64,000 bases of DNA from an uncultured Candidatus Saccharibacteria bacterium (GTDB lineage: Bacteria > Patescibacteriota > Saccharimonadia > Saccharimonadales > JAGQNJ01): assembly GCA_964491925.1 (NCBI GenBank), contig CAZBGZ010000001.1:64701-128700 (forward strand), in the 5' to 3' direction. The notes beneath the pieces are model-generated. The model was not told the origin of the DNA and searched no databases. It saw nothing but the letters and a program-made list of their open reading frames with translations. Below, one piece after another: positions 40,116 to 49,075 of the stretch. Position 1 is the first letter of the stretch; each line of letters starts with the position of its first letter. The position numbers were made by a program, and so were the translations under genes.

Positions 40116-41984
40116 TTATTCCCATTCTGTTGTACCTGGTGGCTTGCTACTGAGGTCGTAGATAACATTTGATATTCCTGGGACCTCGGCTAAGATTTTA
40201 TCTGCCATTGTTCTAACTGCTTCTTCTGTTAAGTCGACGCCTGGAATGCCAGCAATGCCAGTCATAAAATCTGGTGACTTGAACGGGCGGAGAACGATGG
40301 ACCTGTGCCCTTCTGGCCCGAAACTGACCGGTAACAATATCACTGGCATTTGGCTTATATTGCCCATCAGTTTGTTTTTATGTAGTAGGTCTGTGACAAT
40401 CCCATCTGCCTGGCGAAGTTGCTTTAGTACCTCTGGACTCAAAAATGTTTTTGTTAATGTCATCTCAGTAGTAATCGGCCCAAATGAATAACAAACCCTA
40501 TTAACCCCGTGGACCATATTAGGGATACGGCCAGATAACTCTAACAGCTGGGGCCACTCCATGGGTCCTTCGATGACAACAGGTGGCTTGTAGCTACGGC
40601 CATCTCCTTGCACGCCGACAGATTTTATTGGCAACACTTTGCCATAATATTTATTGCCGAATTCGGCTTTCAAAAACTTTTCCAGCTCGTTTTGCGCTTC
40701 CTGCTGTAAATAAATATCTTCGGTGGGCCGTGGCGAGCCATCATAACACAATGTTCTAATCGCCAACCCTGGGCCAGGGAAAGGATGTCTCTCGACTATT
40801 GACTCAGAAAACCCAAGTCGTCTACCGAGCTGCCTAACCTGGTCTTTATATATTGCCTGCAGTGGCTCGACAACCAGACCTTTTGCCCGTAATTCTCTAA
40901 CAAGCGGAGTGTCGTTATGATGTGTTTTTATAGTATCAGCATTAACGCTAGCCAAATGCGAACCGCTTTCAATCAAGTCGGGCCTCAATGAACCCTGCGC
41001 CAAAACAACATCTTCGCCTAACTCTAGTTGCTTTATAATTTCGTCTCTGACTTTTATAAAAGTGTCCCCAATTATCTTTCGTTTAACCTGTGGGTCAGTC
41101 ACTTTGTTCAAAGGTAGAGTCTCAACGCCATCGATAATTGTAGTGGCGTCATAAAACCTATCAACCCAATCCAACAATTCGACCCTGACACCGGCATCGG
41201 TTAGCGCCTGAATAACCATAGCGCTCTCACCCGAACGCATAAAACCGTTATCTATGTGGAATGCATGTATTCTCTCGGGGTCCTCAATCGCTTTTGCCAT
41301 AAGACCAGCCAGCACCGTAGAGTCCACCCCACCACTGAGAAATAAAATAACATCTTTATCACCAACAACTTCCTTAATATTGTCTATGGCCTCTTGTTCT
41401 TGGTCTTCTGTCGTATAATCTGCCTCAAGCCCAGCGATGTTTTTTAGGAAGTTTTGGAAAATATCTGGCCCGCACTCGGTCTGAAAAACTTCTGGATGAA
41501 ACTGTGTTGCATACAACCTTTGCCCGGGGTTTTCTATCGCTGATATCATGCCGCCAAGACCACCAATTACTTTGAACCCTGATGGTAGTTTTCGAACTTT
41601 GTCCCCGTGACTCATCAATACCTTTTGAGGACGACCTTCTAGCCCTGTAAACAGCATTGATCCTCCCGAAAACTCTGTAGGCATAGGACCATCTTCACGA
41701 ATATCGGATTTTACCACATCACCGCCCAAATGTTTTGCCATCAGCTGCATGCCGTAACACACTCCCAATACTGGTTTACCACTTTTAAAAATTGCTGGGT
41801 CACATTCAGGTGCATCGTCATCATTTACACTTTTTGGCCCACCAGAAATAATAATTGCGTCAAAATCTATCAGCTCGTCAACTGGCGTATCCAGCGGCAG
41901 CATAACGGACCTAATGCCAGATTCACGAACATTTCGATCGATAAGTCCACCAAACTGTGACCCTGCGTCCAGGATTGCAACCAT
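40116..41984 (-). CDS. guaA: GMP synthase (glutamine-hydrolysing), long form
   Basis: GATase motifs (GVCYGMQLM, QFHPEV), PP-loop LFLSGGVDSTV, C-terminus KPPGTTEWE. The start at 41984 has a GGAAGG Shine-Dalgarno; the ORF-track start at 42044 is possible. Confidence 0.9.
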   Translation of the reverse strand: MVAILDAGSQFGGLIDRNVRESGIRSVMLPLDTPVDELIDFDAIIISGGPKSVNDDDAPECDPAIFKSGKPVLGVCYGMQLMAKHLGGDVVKSDIREDGPMPTEFSGGSMLFTGLEGRPQKVLMSHGDKVRKLPSGFKVIGGLGGMISAIENPGQRLYATQFHPEVFQTECGPDIFQNFLKNIAGLEADYTTEDQEQEAIDNIKEVVGDKDVILFLSGGVDSTVLAGLMAKAIEDPERIHAFHIDNGFMRSGESAMVIQALTDAGVRVELLDWVDRFYDATTIIDGVETLPLNKVTDPQVKRKIIGDTFIKVRDEIIKQLELGEDVVLAQGSLRPDLIESGSHLASVNADTIKTHHNDTPLVRELRAKGLVVEPLQAIYKDQVRQLGRRLGFSESIVERHPFPGPGLAIRTLCYDGSPRPTEDIYLQQEAQNELEKFLKAEFGNKYYGKVLPIKSVGVQGDGRSYKPPVVIEGPMEWPQLLELSGRIPNMVHGVNRVCYSFGPITTEMTLTKTFLSPEVLKQLRQADGIVTDLLHKNKLMGNISQMPVILLPVSFGPEGHRSIVLRPFKSPDFMTGIAGIPGVDLTEEAVRTMADKILAEVPGISNVIYDLSSKPPGTTEWE

Positions 41985-42103
41985 ATTAGGCCTTCCCAAA
42001 ACTTCGCCCCCCCGTTCGATTTCTGCTGTTTCGCCTGTCATCAATAGTAATTATCAGACTTAAAAGCCCGAATGACAAGCATTAGTATTTGTTTGGCCTA
42101 CTC

Positions 42104-42559
42104 TTAGCTCTCTAGCATTTTGCTCTGAGATTTTCTGAAAAAGAAGTTTATCCAGGCTTCTAGGTTTTTTTGATATGCCGGCTGAGATATTTTTTTGTCT
42201 TCTTCTTTGTTTTTAGCTGATTTGGTTACAAATTTCATTGCAGTAGATTTTGGCACGACTAGTAGTTTTTCGCCTGGCGCACCTTTGCCGAACTGCCTAC
42301 GGGCGGCTAACTCTAAGAATTGGTCTGTCTCCAGATATTGGTTACTCAGTTTTAGGTTTTCGTTTTCGAGTTTTTGAATCTCTACTTCTTGTTGCAAGCG
42401 AACGATTTTCTTTTGTAATTCGTAGTTGGTTTGGATTGCTTTTACTCCACTCCAGCTGATTAGTAAAACTATAATTACAAAAAATACTTGGCCTAAAGTA
42501 CGAAGGTCCGAAAGTGATTTTATAAAGTCTAGTATTTTTGTTTTTACTATTTCATACAT
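42104..42559 (-). CDS. FtsB/DivIC-like septum formation initiator
   Basis: Single TM helix followed by a coiled coil (LQKKIVRLQQEVEIQKLENENLKLSNQYL) and a LELAARRQFG-type motif. Confidence 0.65.
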   Translation of the reverse strand: MYEIVKTKILDFIKSLSDLRTLGQVFFVIIVLLISWSGVKAIQTNYELQKKIVRLQQEVEIQKLENENLKLSNQYLETDQFLELAARRQFGKGAPGEKLLVVPKSTAMKFVTKSAKNKEEDKKISQPAYQKNLEAWINFFFRKSQSKMLES

Positions 42560-42674
42560 AGCTACTAATCTATTGTACCAGAGCAATCAGCGACATTTGC
42601 AACTAGTACAGATGAAAGACCCGCAGTCATTGCATTACGCTGGTTGATAGAGGATAATAAACATAACTATTTAG

Positions 42675-45203
42675 GTGCAAAGGGGTTTTATTCTGTTACA
42701 CAAAAACGTATTTCTAGATACAAGCCAGCGAAGAAAGATAACTATTGTAGCCGTTACGGCATCGATACTAATGATGGTCACAGGGGCAATACTTTATGCA
42801 CCAAAGGCAAATGCGGCGGCAGATACCTGTACATGGACAGGTTCAGGCGGTGATTCCAATATTAATACTGCTGCAAACTGGAGTGGGTGTGATAATGGTA
42901 CCGTTCCACAAAATGGTGACGACCTGGTTTTTCCAACTGGGCCCACCAATAAAACTGTGACGATTAACACAACTCTAGAATTTAACAACGTCACGTTCAG
43001 TGGTGATGATTACTCTGTAGAAACGAGCGATCCAGGCACGAATCAACTATACGTTGACAATAACCTGACTATCAGTGGCAATGATAATACATTCAACGCA
43101 TATGTCAGATTTTTTGACTCTTCTAGCGTGACCTTGGGTCATAGCGGTAGTGGAACTGTATTTAGCCATTATATAGTTATCCAGCCGACTGCGGATAATA
43201 CAGATATGGTTTTTGATATAGATAGCGATATGTCTGTCCCAATGATTGCCCAGACAGCAGTTGGAGTAGGAAGTTCAATAGACACAGTCACAAAGACGGG
43301 CGTTGGCACTCTGGATATTACTGGGGCTGGGATAACTGGTGTTACTACCAACAATGGGGTTCATATCGAAGAAGGTAGGTGGGAATGTGATTCAACTCAT
43401 TGCTTAGGCAATACTGCTAACGAAATTATTCTAGATGAAGGTGGGGGCCCAGATGGTGCAGAACTCGCGATTAATCATAGCGGAACGGTCAGTAACCCGA
43501 TAACTTCTTCTGCTACTACTGGAGAAGATGGGTCTGTTATCATTTCTGCAAACGCGACGCTGAACGGTGATATTACCGTTAACAATGACTTAAATATGTT
43601 TGTGACTGGTACTACTACCGCTAATATTGATTCGGATATAGCAATTGCAGATGGTAAAAATCTTGTAAGTTACGGGGTGGAAGGCTATACCACAAACGCT
43701 TACGATTACGATGGGGTGATCTCTGGTGATGGTGGCATGATAGTTGATGATGCTCATGTGACATTAACCGGCACTAATACTTATACTGGCGATACCGAAA
43801 TAACAGATACGGGCAGTGGCGGCCTTGTATCTGTTACTAATGAATCGGGGCTGGGAACAAATGCAGGCAAGACCATAGTAAATTCAGGGACAACGCTTAA
43901 CTTCAGTTCTGGTTCAGACCAATTTTACGACGAGCCATTGCAAATATCAGGGAGTGGAGTTGGTGGATCATACCCTGCCGCGATTGTTAACGACAACTCT
44001 TATCGTGCTCTAAATGGCAATATAATGTTAGCTGGCGATGCAACCGTACAAAATAATATCAACGAACTTGTAGTATTTGGCGGGCAGATCTCTGGTGATT
44101 TTGATCTTTCGTTGGTTGGGGGGGTTGAAAATGGAAGTTTTACAATGGGGCCATCTACGGATAATACCTACGGGGACACCATTGCTACCGGCACACAACT
44201 TCTTATTTACGGGGGTTCAGGGATAATAGCTATTCCTGGTAACCTTACGATGAACGCCGTAGATTCGCATACTAGCAGGATATGGATGCAGTACGATAAT
44301 ACTATTGCGAACAATTCTTTAATTACACTAAATAATAGTGATAGCCAAGTTGCGTATTTGTTAAATATGGGTGTCGCAGATACGGTTGGTACGATTGAGG
44401 GTGATGGGACTATTTCGATGACCGATTCAGATAGCCATCTATTGATTGGTGCCGGGGATACTGACGGCACTTTTGAGGGAGTTGTTGAGGGGTATACTAA
44501 TTCGCAGTTTGAAATTATTGACAGTGGAACATGGACTTTTTCTGGAGACAACACAGATGTCGGCAATGGCTTTAGTAGTTACTACGTTAATGGTGGTAAA
44601 TTTATTGCTAATGCAATCAATACGAGCTTGGGCTTCTCGCCATTTAGTATAAGTGGTGGTATTTTGGGTGGCACTGATGTGATCGGTCCTGTCAGTGTTT
44701 ATTCTGGTACGATTGCTCCTGGCAATAGCCCTGGCTGCTTAAACCCTGCAGGAGATGTGGCTTTTTCCGATGAACTTTCTACACTAACTGTCGAGCTCAA
44801 CGGCAACACTATTTGCAGCGAGTACGACAAACTTGCGGCAAGCGGAGTTGTTTATCTCAATGATGCAACGCTGAATGTAGACCTAGGTTTTGATCCATCC
44901 GACGGGGATGTGTTCACAATCGTTGAAGGCTCATCAATCGTCGGTACTTTTTCAGGCCTAGCCGACGGCGATACGTTTACAGCTGGTGATGGAGAATTTC
45001 GTATTAATTACAATGCAGAAAATGTAACCCTCACCTACATTGGGCCAGCCGCAGGCAGTGATTCTAGTGACTCTGATTCGAGCCTGGCAGATACTGGGAT
45101 GAATACTCAGGCACTTATAGTTATTGTACTGTTTCTAATATCTTCTGGTGGATTAGTTGGTATAAATCTACGCAAAGATTTTTTCCATTCGACACGACAA
45201 TAA
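42675..45203 (+). CDS. large beta-helical surface protein with autotransporter-associated beta-strand repeats and a C-terminal LAxTG sorting signal
   Basis: Signal peptide, repeated G-x-G-x-L-x-L-x-G-x-NTYTG-type segments (TLTGTNTYTGDTEITD). The C-terminus is SLADTG plus a hydrophobic helix plus RKD, the architecture of a sortase substrate. Confidence 0.75.
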   Translation: MQRGFILLHKNVFLDTSQRRKITIVAVTASILMMVTGAILYAPKANAAADTCTWTGSGGDSNINTAANWSGCDNGTVPQNGDDLVFPTGPTNKTVTINTTLEFNNVTFSGDDYSVETSDPGTNQLYVDNNLTISGNDNTFNAYVRFFDSSSVTLGHSGSGTVFSHYIVIQPTADNTDMVFDIDSDMSVPMIAQTAVGVGSSIDTVTKTGVGTLDITGAGITGVTTNNGVHIEEGRWECDSTHCLGNTANEIILDEGGGPDGAELAINHSGTVSNPITSSATTGEDGSVIISANATLNGDITVNNDLNMFVTGTTTANIDSDIAIADGKNLVSYGVEGYTTNAYDYDGVISGDGGMIVDDAHVTLTGTNTYTGDTEITDTGSGGLVSVTNESGLGTNAGKTIVNSGTTLNFSSGSDQFYDEPLQISGSGVGGSYPAAIVNDNSYRALNGNIMLAGDATVQNNINELVVFGGQISGDFDLSLVGGVENGSFTMGPSTDNTYGDTIATGTQLLIYGGSGIIAIPGNLTMNAVDSHTSRIWMQYDNTIANNSLITLNNSDSQVAYLLNMGVADTVGTIEGDGTISMTDSDSHLLIGAGDTDGTFEGVVEGYTNSQFEIIDSGTWTFSGDNTDVGNGFSSYYVNGGKFIANAINTSLGFSPFSISGGILGGTDVIGPVSVYSGTIAPGNSPGCLNPAGDVAFSDELSTLTVELNGNTICSEYDKLAASGVVYLNDATLNVDLGFDPSDGDVFTIVEGSSIVGTFSGLADGDTFTAGDGEFRINYNAENVTLTYIGPAAGSDSSDSDSSLADTGMNTQALIVIVLFLISSGGLVGINLRKDFFHSTRQ

Positions 45204-45217
45204 TCAAAAAAATAATC

Positions 45218-45380
45218 TGGTGGCGATAAAGCGAAGAGTTTTGAACCTTTGGATGTTATCGTTGAATGACTGATTTCTAATCCCAATCCTGATTGGAACT
45301 TACAACTGTAAAGGCTGAGAAAGTAGCTACTGAACAGATGTGGCGATACTAGAAAAGAGTAAGATAAAGTGTGTTGAAAC
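45218..45380 (+). repeat. array repeat copy C1 (degenerate: in-frame TGA and a frameshift)
   Basis: Starts TGGTGGCGATAAAGCGAAGAGTTTTGAACCTTTGG, ends GTGGCGATACTAG, plus the tail AAAAGAGTAAGATAAAGTGTGTTGAAAC. Confidence 0.95.
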
Positions 45381-45400
45381 TACTACTGTATGATGTGTGT

Positions 45401-46303
45401 ATGACAATTGAAGACCAACTTACTGAGAAATATGGCTTGCGTTATCCAAAATGCAAGAACCTGCATACTCTAGCTAATGATTCATTTGAAGTATTATGTC
45501 CTGACGGACACTTTGCTCTCAAAGTCTACAATGCAACCGCAAGAAAGCCTCAAGAAATACAGTGGGAAATAGATCTAACCCTTCACCTAACAGAGAATGG
45601 CGCGCCAGTCGCTCCAATTGTTGCTGCTAAGGACGGTAGTCACCTGAAGACGTTCAGTGTTGATGGGCAGGATCGTGTAGTAATTTTGTTCGAGTGGGCT
45701 GCAGGCGAGAAACCTAAACCAGAGCTCAGTACTTATACTCTAATTGGTGAGGCAGCTGCTCGTATACATGATGCGGCTGACTCCTTCGCGTCAGATTTGC
45801 CCCGTGAAGAATTTGACGCTTACGAACTGTTTGACGACCAACTGAAACGAATGAAAATACCACTTGAAGAAAGTGGTCAGTGGCAACGCGTCTTTGACCT
45901 AACCGAACGAATGAGGAAGATTGTTGCTAATCCTAGTCTCGACTATGGGATTATTCATAACGACCTAACGCTAGATAACATACACCTCGATAGCGGTAAG
46001 CTGGTTGTTTTTGATTTCGATAGTGCAGCAAAGTCTTGGCGAGCAGCCGAGCCGTGGGGAGTACTCAAGGCTTCTGAAGATAGGTTCAAGGCTTGGCTTG
46101 AAGGATACCGCTCAGTTCGTGAGTTTAGTAAAGAAGACGAACAAGCCGTCGCTGCTTTTGTGATCATCGAAGATATTAGGAACGTCACATGGAAACTGGG
46201 CTGTGCTCGCTCTTCACGTGGCAAGCCCCTCATAAAAACAAAGGATATACCTGCTGTTGTTGACGAGTGGCTAGAGTGGGAAGCACAAAAGGTCAGGAAC
46301 TAG
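45401..46303 (+). CDS. aminoglycoside/choline kinase-like phosphotransferase (APH family fold)
   Basis: IIHNDLTLDNIHL (HxDxxxxN catalytic loop) and VVFDFDSA (DFD metal site). Start trimmed to MTIEDQL. Confidence 0.7.
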   Translation: MTIEDQLTEKYGLRYPKCKNLHTLANDSFEVLCPDGHFALKVYNATARKPQEIQWEIDLTLHLTENGAPVAPIVAAKDGSHLKTFSVDGQDRVVILFEWAAGEKPKPELSTYTLIGEAAARIHDAADSFASDLPREEFDAYELFDDQLKRMKIPLEESGQWQRVFDLTERMRKIVANPSLDYGIIHNDLTLDNIHLDSGKLVVFDFDSAAKSWRAAEPWGVLKASEDRFKAWLEGYRSVREFSKEDEQAVAAFVIIEDIRNVTWKLGCARSSRGKPLIKTKDIPAVVDEWLEWEAQKVRN

Positions 46304-46781
46304 TTTTTCCAAATAGCTGCACCATAATTTCTTCTCGATCATCTTCAATCGCCAAGTAGATTCCTTCGTTTTGTAGACGCGTTTGCATAGACTCCTCAAT
46401 CTCTAGTGAGTCATTAAATACATCTAAAATCGTATGTTCAGGGTCATCTCGAAGAACTCTGTTTATCGACAGTTTGTTACAGCTGCAACAAAGATGAATG
46501 AACATGATTTCACCTTGTTTAGAAATGCCTTCGTGCTTGAAAGTAAGTCCAATTGGCTTCATGCCACCTAAACAAGTAGCTGTGCGATCACCTGGCTTCC
46601 CATCAATATGTTTAGACCAAAAACACATATTGCAGTGGTTCCGGTTCTTTGAACCCATAAGTTCGTTTATGACTACCCATTGCTTACAATGAGTGCACTT
46701 GAATCCACCTGCTTTGTTTTCTCTAAGTCGTTCTTGTTTTCTAAACTTTTCATAGTCAAATAGCTCACGTTTATAGTTCAC
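46293..46781 (-). CDS. zinc-ribbon protein with RNHCP-like motif
   Basis: CTHC...NRNHCNMC...CLGG...CCSC cysteine pattern. The RNHC motif recalls the RNHCP domain family. GTG start. Confidence 0.5.
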   Translation of the reverse strand: MNYKRELFDYEKFRKQERLRENKAGGFKCTHCKQWVVINELMGSKNRNHCNMCFWSKHIDGKPGDRTATCLGGMKPIGLTFKHEGISKQGEIMFIHLCCSCNKLSINRVLRDDPEHTILDVFNDSLEIEESMQTRLQNEGIYLAIEDDREEIMVQLFGKTSS

Positions 46782-46801
46782 GCAGAAAAATCCTATCCCA
46801 C

Positions 46802-46828
46802 AAAAAAAACCAGCTAGCTTAGCTGGTT
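46802..46828 (-). terminator. terminator-like hairpin inside the 5' leader of the RNHCP-like gene (possible attenuator)
   Basis: On the minus strand, AACCAGCTA-agc-TAGCTGGTT followed by T8, ending about 20 nt before the GTG start. Confidence 0.55.
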
Positions 46829-46986
46829 ACTGGATAGTCGGAAACTATTTTACTTTGTGATTACATTTACAGATTTTTGGCACCAGCCAAGCAGAACCCC
46901 ATCTGGGGCGTGACTTCTGCATATGTGGTGCTACTTCTGAAATGTAACATAAGCAATATAATACTAACTTTAGTACGGATTGTCAA

Positions 46987-47122
46987 TGGTGGCGGTAAAG
47001 CGAAGACTTTTGAACCTTTGGCTGAAGTTGTAGAGTGGCTGTTTGAGAACAAGGAAATGAGTTGCGCTAGTTGGTTAGCAGAGGCTTCATTGATCGATTC
47101 GATACAAGGGTGGCAATACTAG
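46987..47122 (+). repeat. array repeat copy C2 (frame intact, divergent 3' half)
   Basis: TGGTGGCGGTAAAGCGAAGACTTTTGAACCTTTGG... The frame reads GGGKAKTFEPLAEVVEWLFENK...GWQY*. Confidence 0.95.
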
Positions 47123-47641
47123 AGGTCCGTTCCCAAAGTTTAAGGGTGCAAGCATATAGGGCGACGGAACTTCTTTTTTTCGCTCAACTAGATCCACTTC
47201 TTCTACGTGCGCAATCGAATCCGTACCTACAGATCCCAAAACAAGCGCTTCATAAGGAAGAAGCGGCACAGTTACCACTTGATCGGCGCGTACTTTCAGC
47301 GTAGCTAATCTACCCCCTTCTCTCTGAGCATATCTTAAGGCTATGTCTCGTTCAGGTGTAGCAGAGACAAAGGGAGTGTACTCGCCCGATATAGTTGGAT
47401 CACTCGAGGCAGCATGGGTTGCTATAAGATTGATTAACATGTAATCCCTATCGCTGGCGACCTCTTTTATGACTTCATATAAGTTTTTTGGACGGTCGTG
47501 TAGAAGAGCTGCTGAAAGCATACCTCTCTCTGGGTCAACTTGATGTGGGGCAAAACCTCGATATAGCGTAACGACTTCGTCAGGAGACTGACCAAGTCTT
47601 ATTTCTGGAGATAAATTATGCCAATCAAAGTGATAAGACAT
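47087..47641 (-). CDS. hypothetical protein with ADP-ribosyltransferase-like R-S-E motif spacing
   Basis: 184 aa with TLYRG ... PFVSAT ... PYEALVLG in the order and approximate spacing of R-S-E ART toxins. Weak, motif-only. Its 3' end overlaps the tail of C2. Confidence 0.5.
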   Translation of the reverse strand: MSYHFDWHNLSPEIRLGQSPDEVVTLYRGFAPHQVDPERGMLSAALLHDRPKNLYEVIKEVASDRDYMLINLIATHAASSDPTISGEYTPFVSATPERDIALRYAQREGGRLATLKVRADQVVTVPLLPYEALVLGSVGTDSIAHVEEVDLVERKKEVPSPYMLAPLNFGNGPLVLPPLYRIDQ

Positions 47642-47678
47642 ATTTATATATTACCATAAGCTTAATAATAAGTCAATG

Positions 47679-47841
47679 TGGTGGCGATAAAGCGAAGACT
47701 TTTGAACCTTTAGAGTCTGTTGTGGAGTGGCTGATTGCGAACCCTAATCCTGCCTGGTCTTTCCAACTCAAAGAAACTGCGAAAGTTAAAATCGAACAGA
47801 GTTGGCGGTACTAGAAAAGAGTAAGATAAAGTGTGTTGAAC
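47679..47841 (+). repeat. array repeat copy C3 (frame intact)
   Basis: The frame reads GGDKAKTFEPLESVVEWLIANPNPAWSFQLKETAKVKIEQSWRY*, with the tail AAAAGAGTAAGATAAAGTGTGTTGAAC abutting the next gene's stop. Confidence 0.95.
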
Positions 47842-48387
47842 CTAGAGGACTGCGATAGCGGCTAAAAGGATACTTACATGTGACAAGAATATAAACGGTA
47901 ATTCGAAGTATAAGAAATGATCCCAATACTTGGCAGCAAACAAGCAGAGTATGCTCATAAGCCCAAAAATAAACCACTCGAGCAAGGCATATGTACCCGT
48001 CAGGGTTGTTGCAAATACGAAAGCTAGTGCCAACATCCCCATTCCCATTCCGTATGCTAGATAGTCATGTACTTTTCCAAGCCTACCTTTTCTGGCTGGG
48101 ATCATAGCAAGCAAGAGTTCGCAGCCGATGACTACCGTGTAAAACATTATCAGTAATGGTCCTGTACCGAGCCGAGGAATCACCAAAAAATACATCATCA
48201 CCGAAATCAGACTCCCGCATGTCCAAAGGATGATTCTAAACTCCCTTAGAGTCTTGCTATCTTTAGCCGCTAACTCACTGAGTGTACGGCGTTTTTCGAG
48301 CCTGTGTTCTCTGACTGCAAAAACTGTAACGCTAACTGAAGATAGGATGATTCCGAGCAAACCACAAATAAAAGCAAAGGCTGGCAT
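47842..48387 (-). CDS. hypothetical integral membrane protein
   Basis: 181 aa with 5-6 TM helices. Confidence 0.55.
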   Translation of the reverse strand: MPAFAFICGLLGIILSSVSVTVFAVREHRLEKRRTLSELAAKDSKTLREFRIILWTCGSLISVMMYFLVIPRLGTGPLLIMFYTVVIGCELLLAMIPARKGRLGKVHDYLAYGMGMGMLALAFVFATTLTGTYALLEWFIFGLMSILCLFAAKYWDHFLYFELPFIFLSHVSILLAAIAVL

Positions 48388-48422
48388 AATGATGATTATA
48401 GACTAAAAAGTTCTAACGTATT

Positions 48423-48586
48423 TGGTGGCGATAAAGCGAAGACTTTTGAACCTTTGAGTTCTGTCGTGGAATGGTTGATTGAAAACCCCTTACCTGACGG
48501 GGACTTGCAGATAAGACAGGCTGAAAAAGTCCAAGTTGAACAAGGATGGAGATACTAGAAAAAGAGTAAGGTAAAGAGCGTTGAAC
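48423..48586 (+). repeat. array repeat copy C4 (frame intact)
   Basis: The frame reads GGDKAKTFEPLSSVVEWLIENPLPDGDLQIRQAEKVQVEQGWRY*, plus the tail. Confidence 0.95.
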
Positions 48587-49075
48587 CTATTCCGCAAGGC
48601 TATGTACAGTAACCTTGTCGAATAGCTTCAGTTCGGCTTGAGTTAGTTTCTGAAAGACCTTGGCATATTCTCGGATTTGGTCTTCGCTAATAATCCCTAC
48701 TCCATGACCACCTTTTTTGTTACGTTTCTCTAGTCGTCTTATTAACTCCTCCAAGGGAATATCGAAGTAGTTTAGCTCAGTTATTGCTCCGACCTCTTTG
48801 GCTTTTCGACGAATAGTATCGCGCTCTTCCTTTGTCCATAACCCATCTTCAAATAGCAATGATTGACCCTCGGCTAGTGTTTGCCAAGCAGTCTCCCACA
48901 AGGCACGCCAGCTTTTCTCATGTAAGGCTTCATTTTGCAGGTCGAGCCCGCGATCAGCCATCCAGTCATCAGTACAAAACCGCAGTACACCTCGCTCTTT
49001 GGCAAGCTGTTTACCTAATGTTGTTTTGCCTGATCCTGGTAGTCCACAGAATAGTATTAAAGTTAGCTTATTCAT
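48587..49075 (-). CDS. P-loop kinase (AAA_33-like ATP-binding protein)
   Basis: Walker A GLPGSGKTT, 162 aa. Its start overlaps the stop of the upstream ABC-F gene (ATGA). Confidence 0.65.
   Translation of the reverse strand: MNKLTLILFCGLPGSGKTTLGKQLAKERGVLRFCTDDWMADRGLDLQNEALHEKSWRALWETAWQTLAEGQSLLFEDGLWTKEERDTIRRKAKEVGAITELNYFDIPLEELIRRLEKRNKKGGHGVGIISEDQIREYAKVFQKLTQAELKLFDKVTVHSLAE

Noticed and set aside
46877-47122. 81-aa ORF (also the 60-aa ORF at 51901-52083 and the 68-aa ORF at 52512-52718) considered as real genes
   Set aside because: Their conserved parts are simply array-repeat copies C2, C7 and C8. The upstream extensions with ATG are not conserved between copies and overlap a structured leader or tRNA-derived sequence.
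47679-47841. Array repeat considered as a tRNA, tRNA pseudogene or tmRNA on the minus strand, because it ends ...GGTTCAAAAGTCTTCGCTTTATCGCCACCA
   Set aside because: The putative T-stem arms (AAAGG and GTCTT) do not pair. The distance from the T-loop-like motif to the CCA is 5 nt too long. No complementary 5' acceptor strand exists. The substitution pattern supports a coding frame on the opposite strand.
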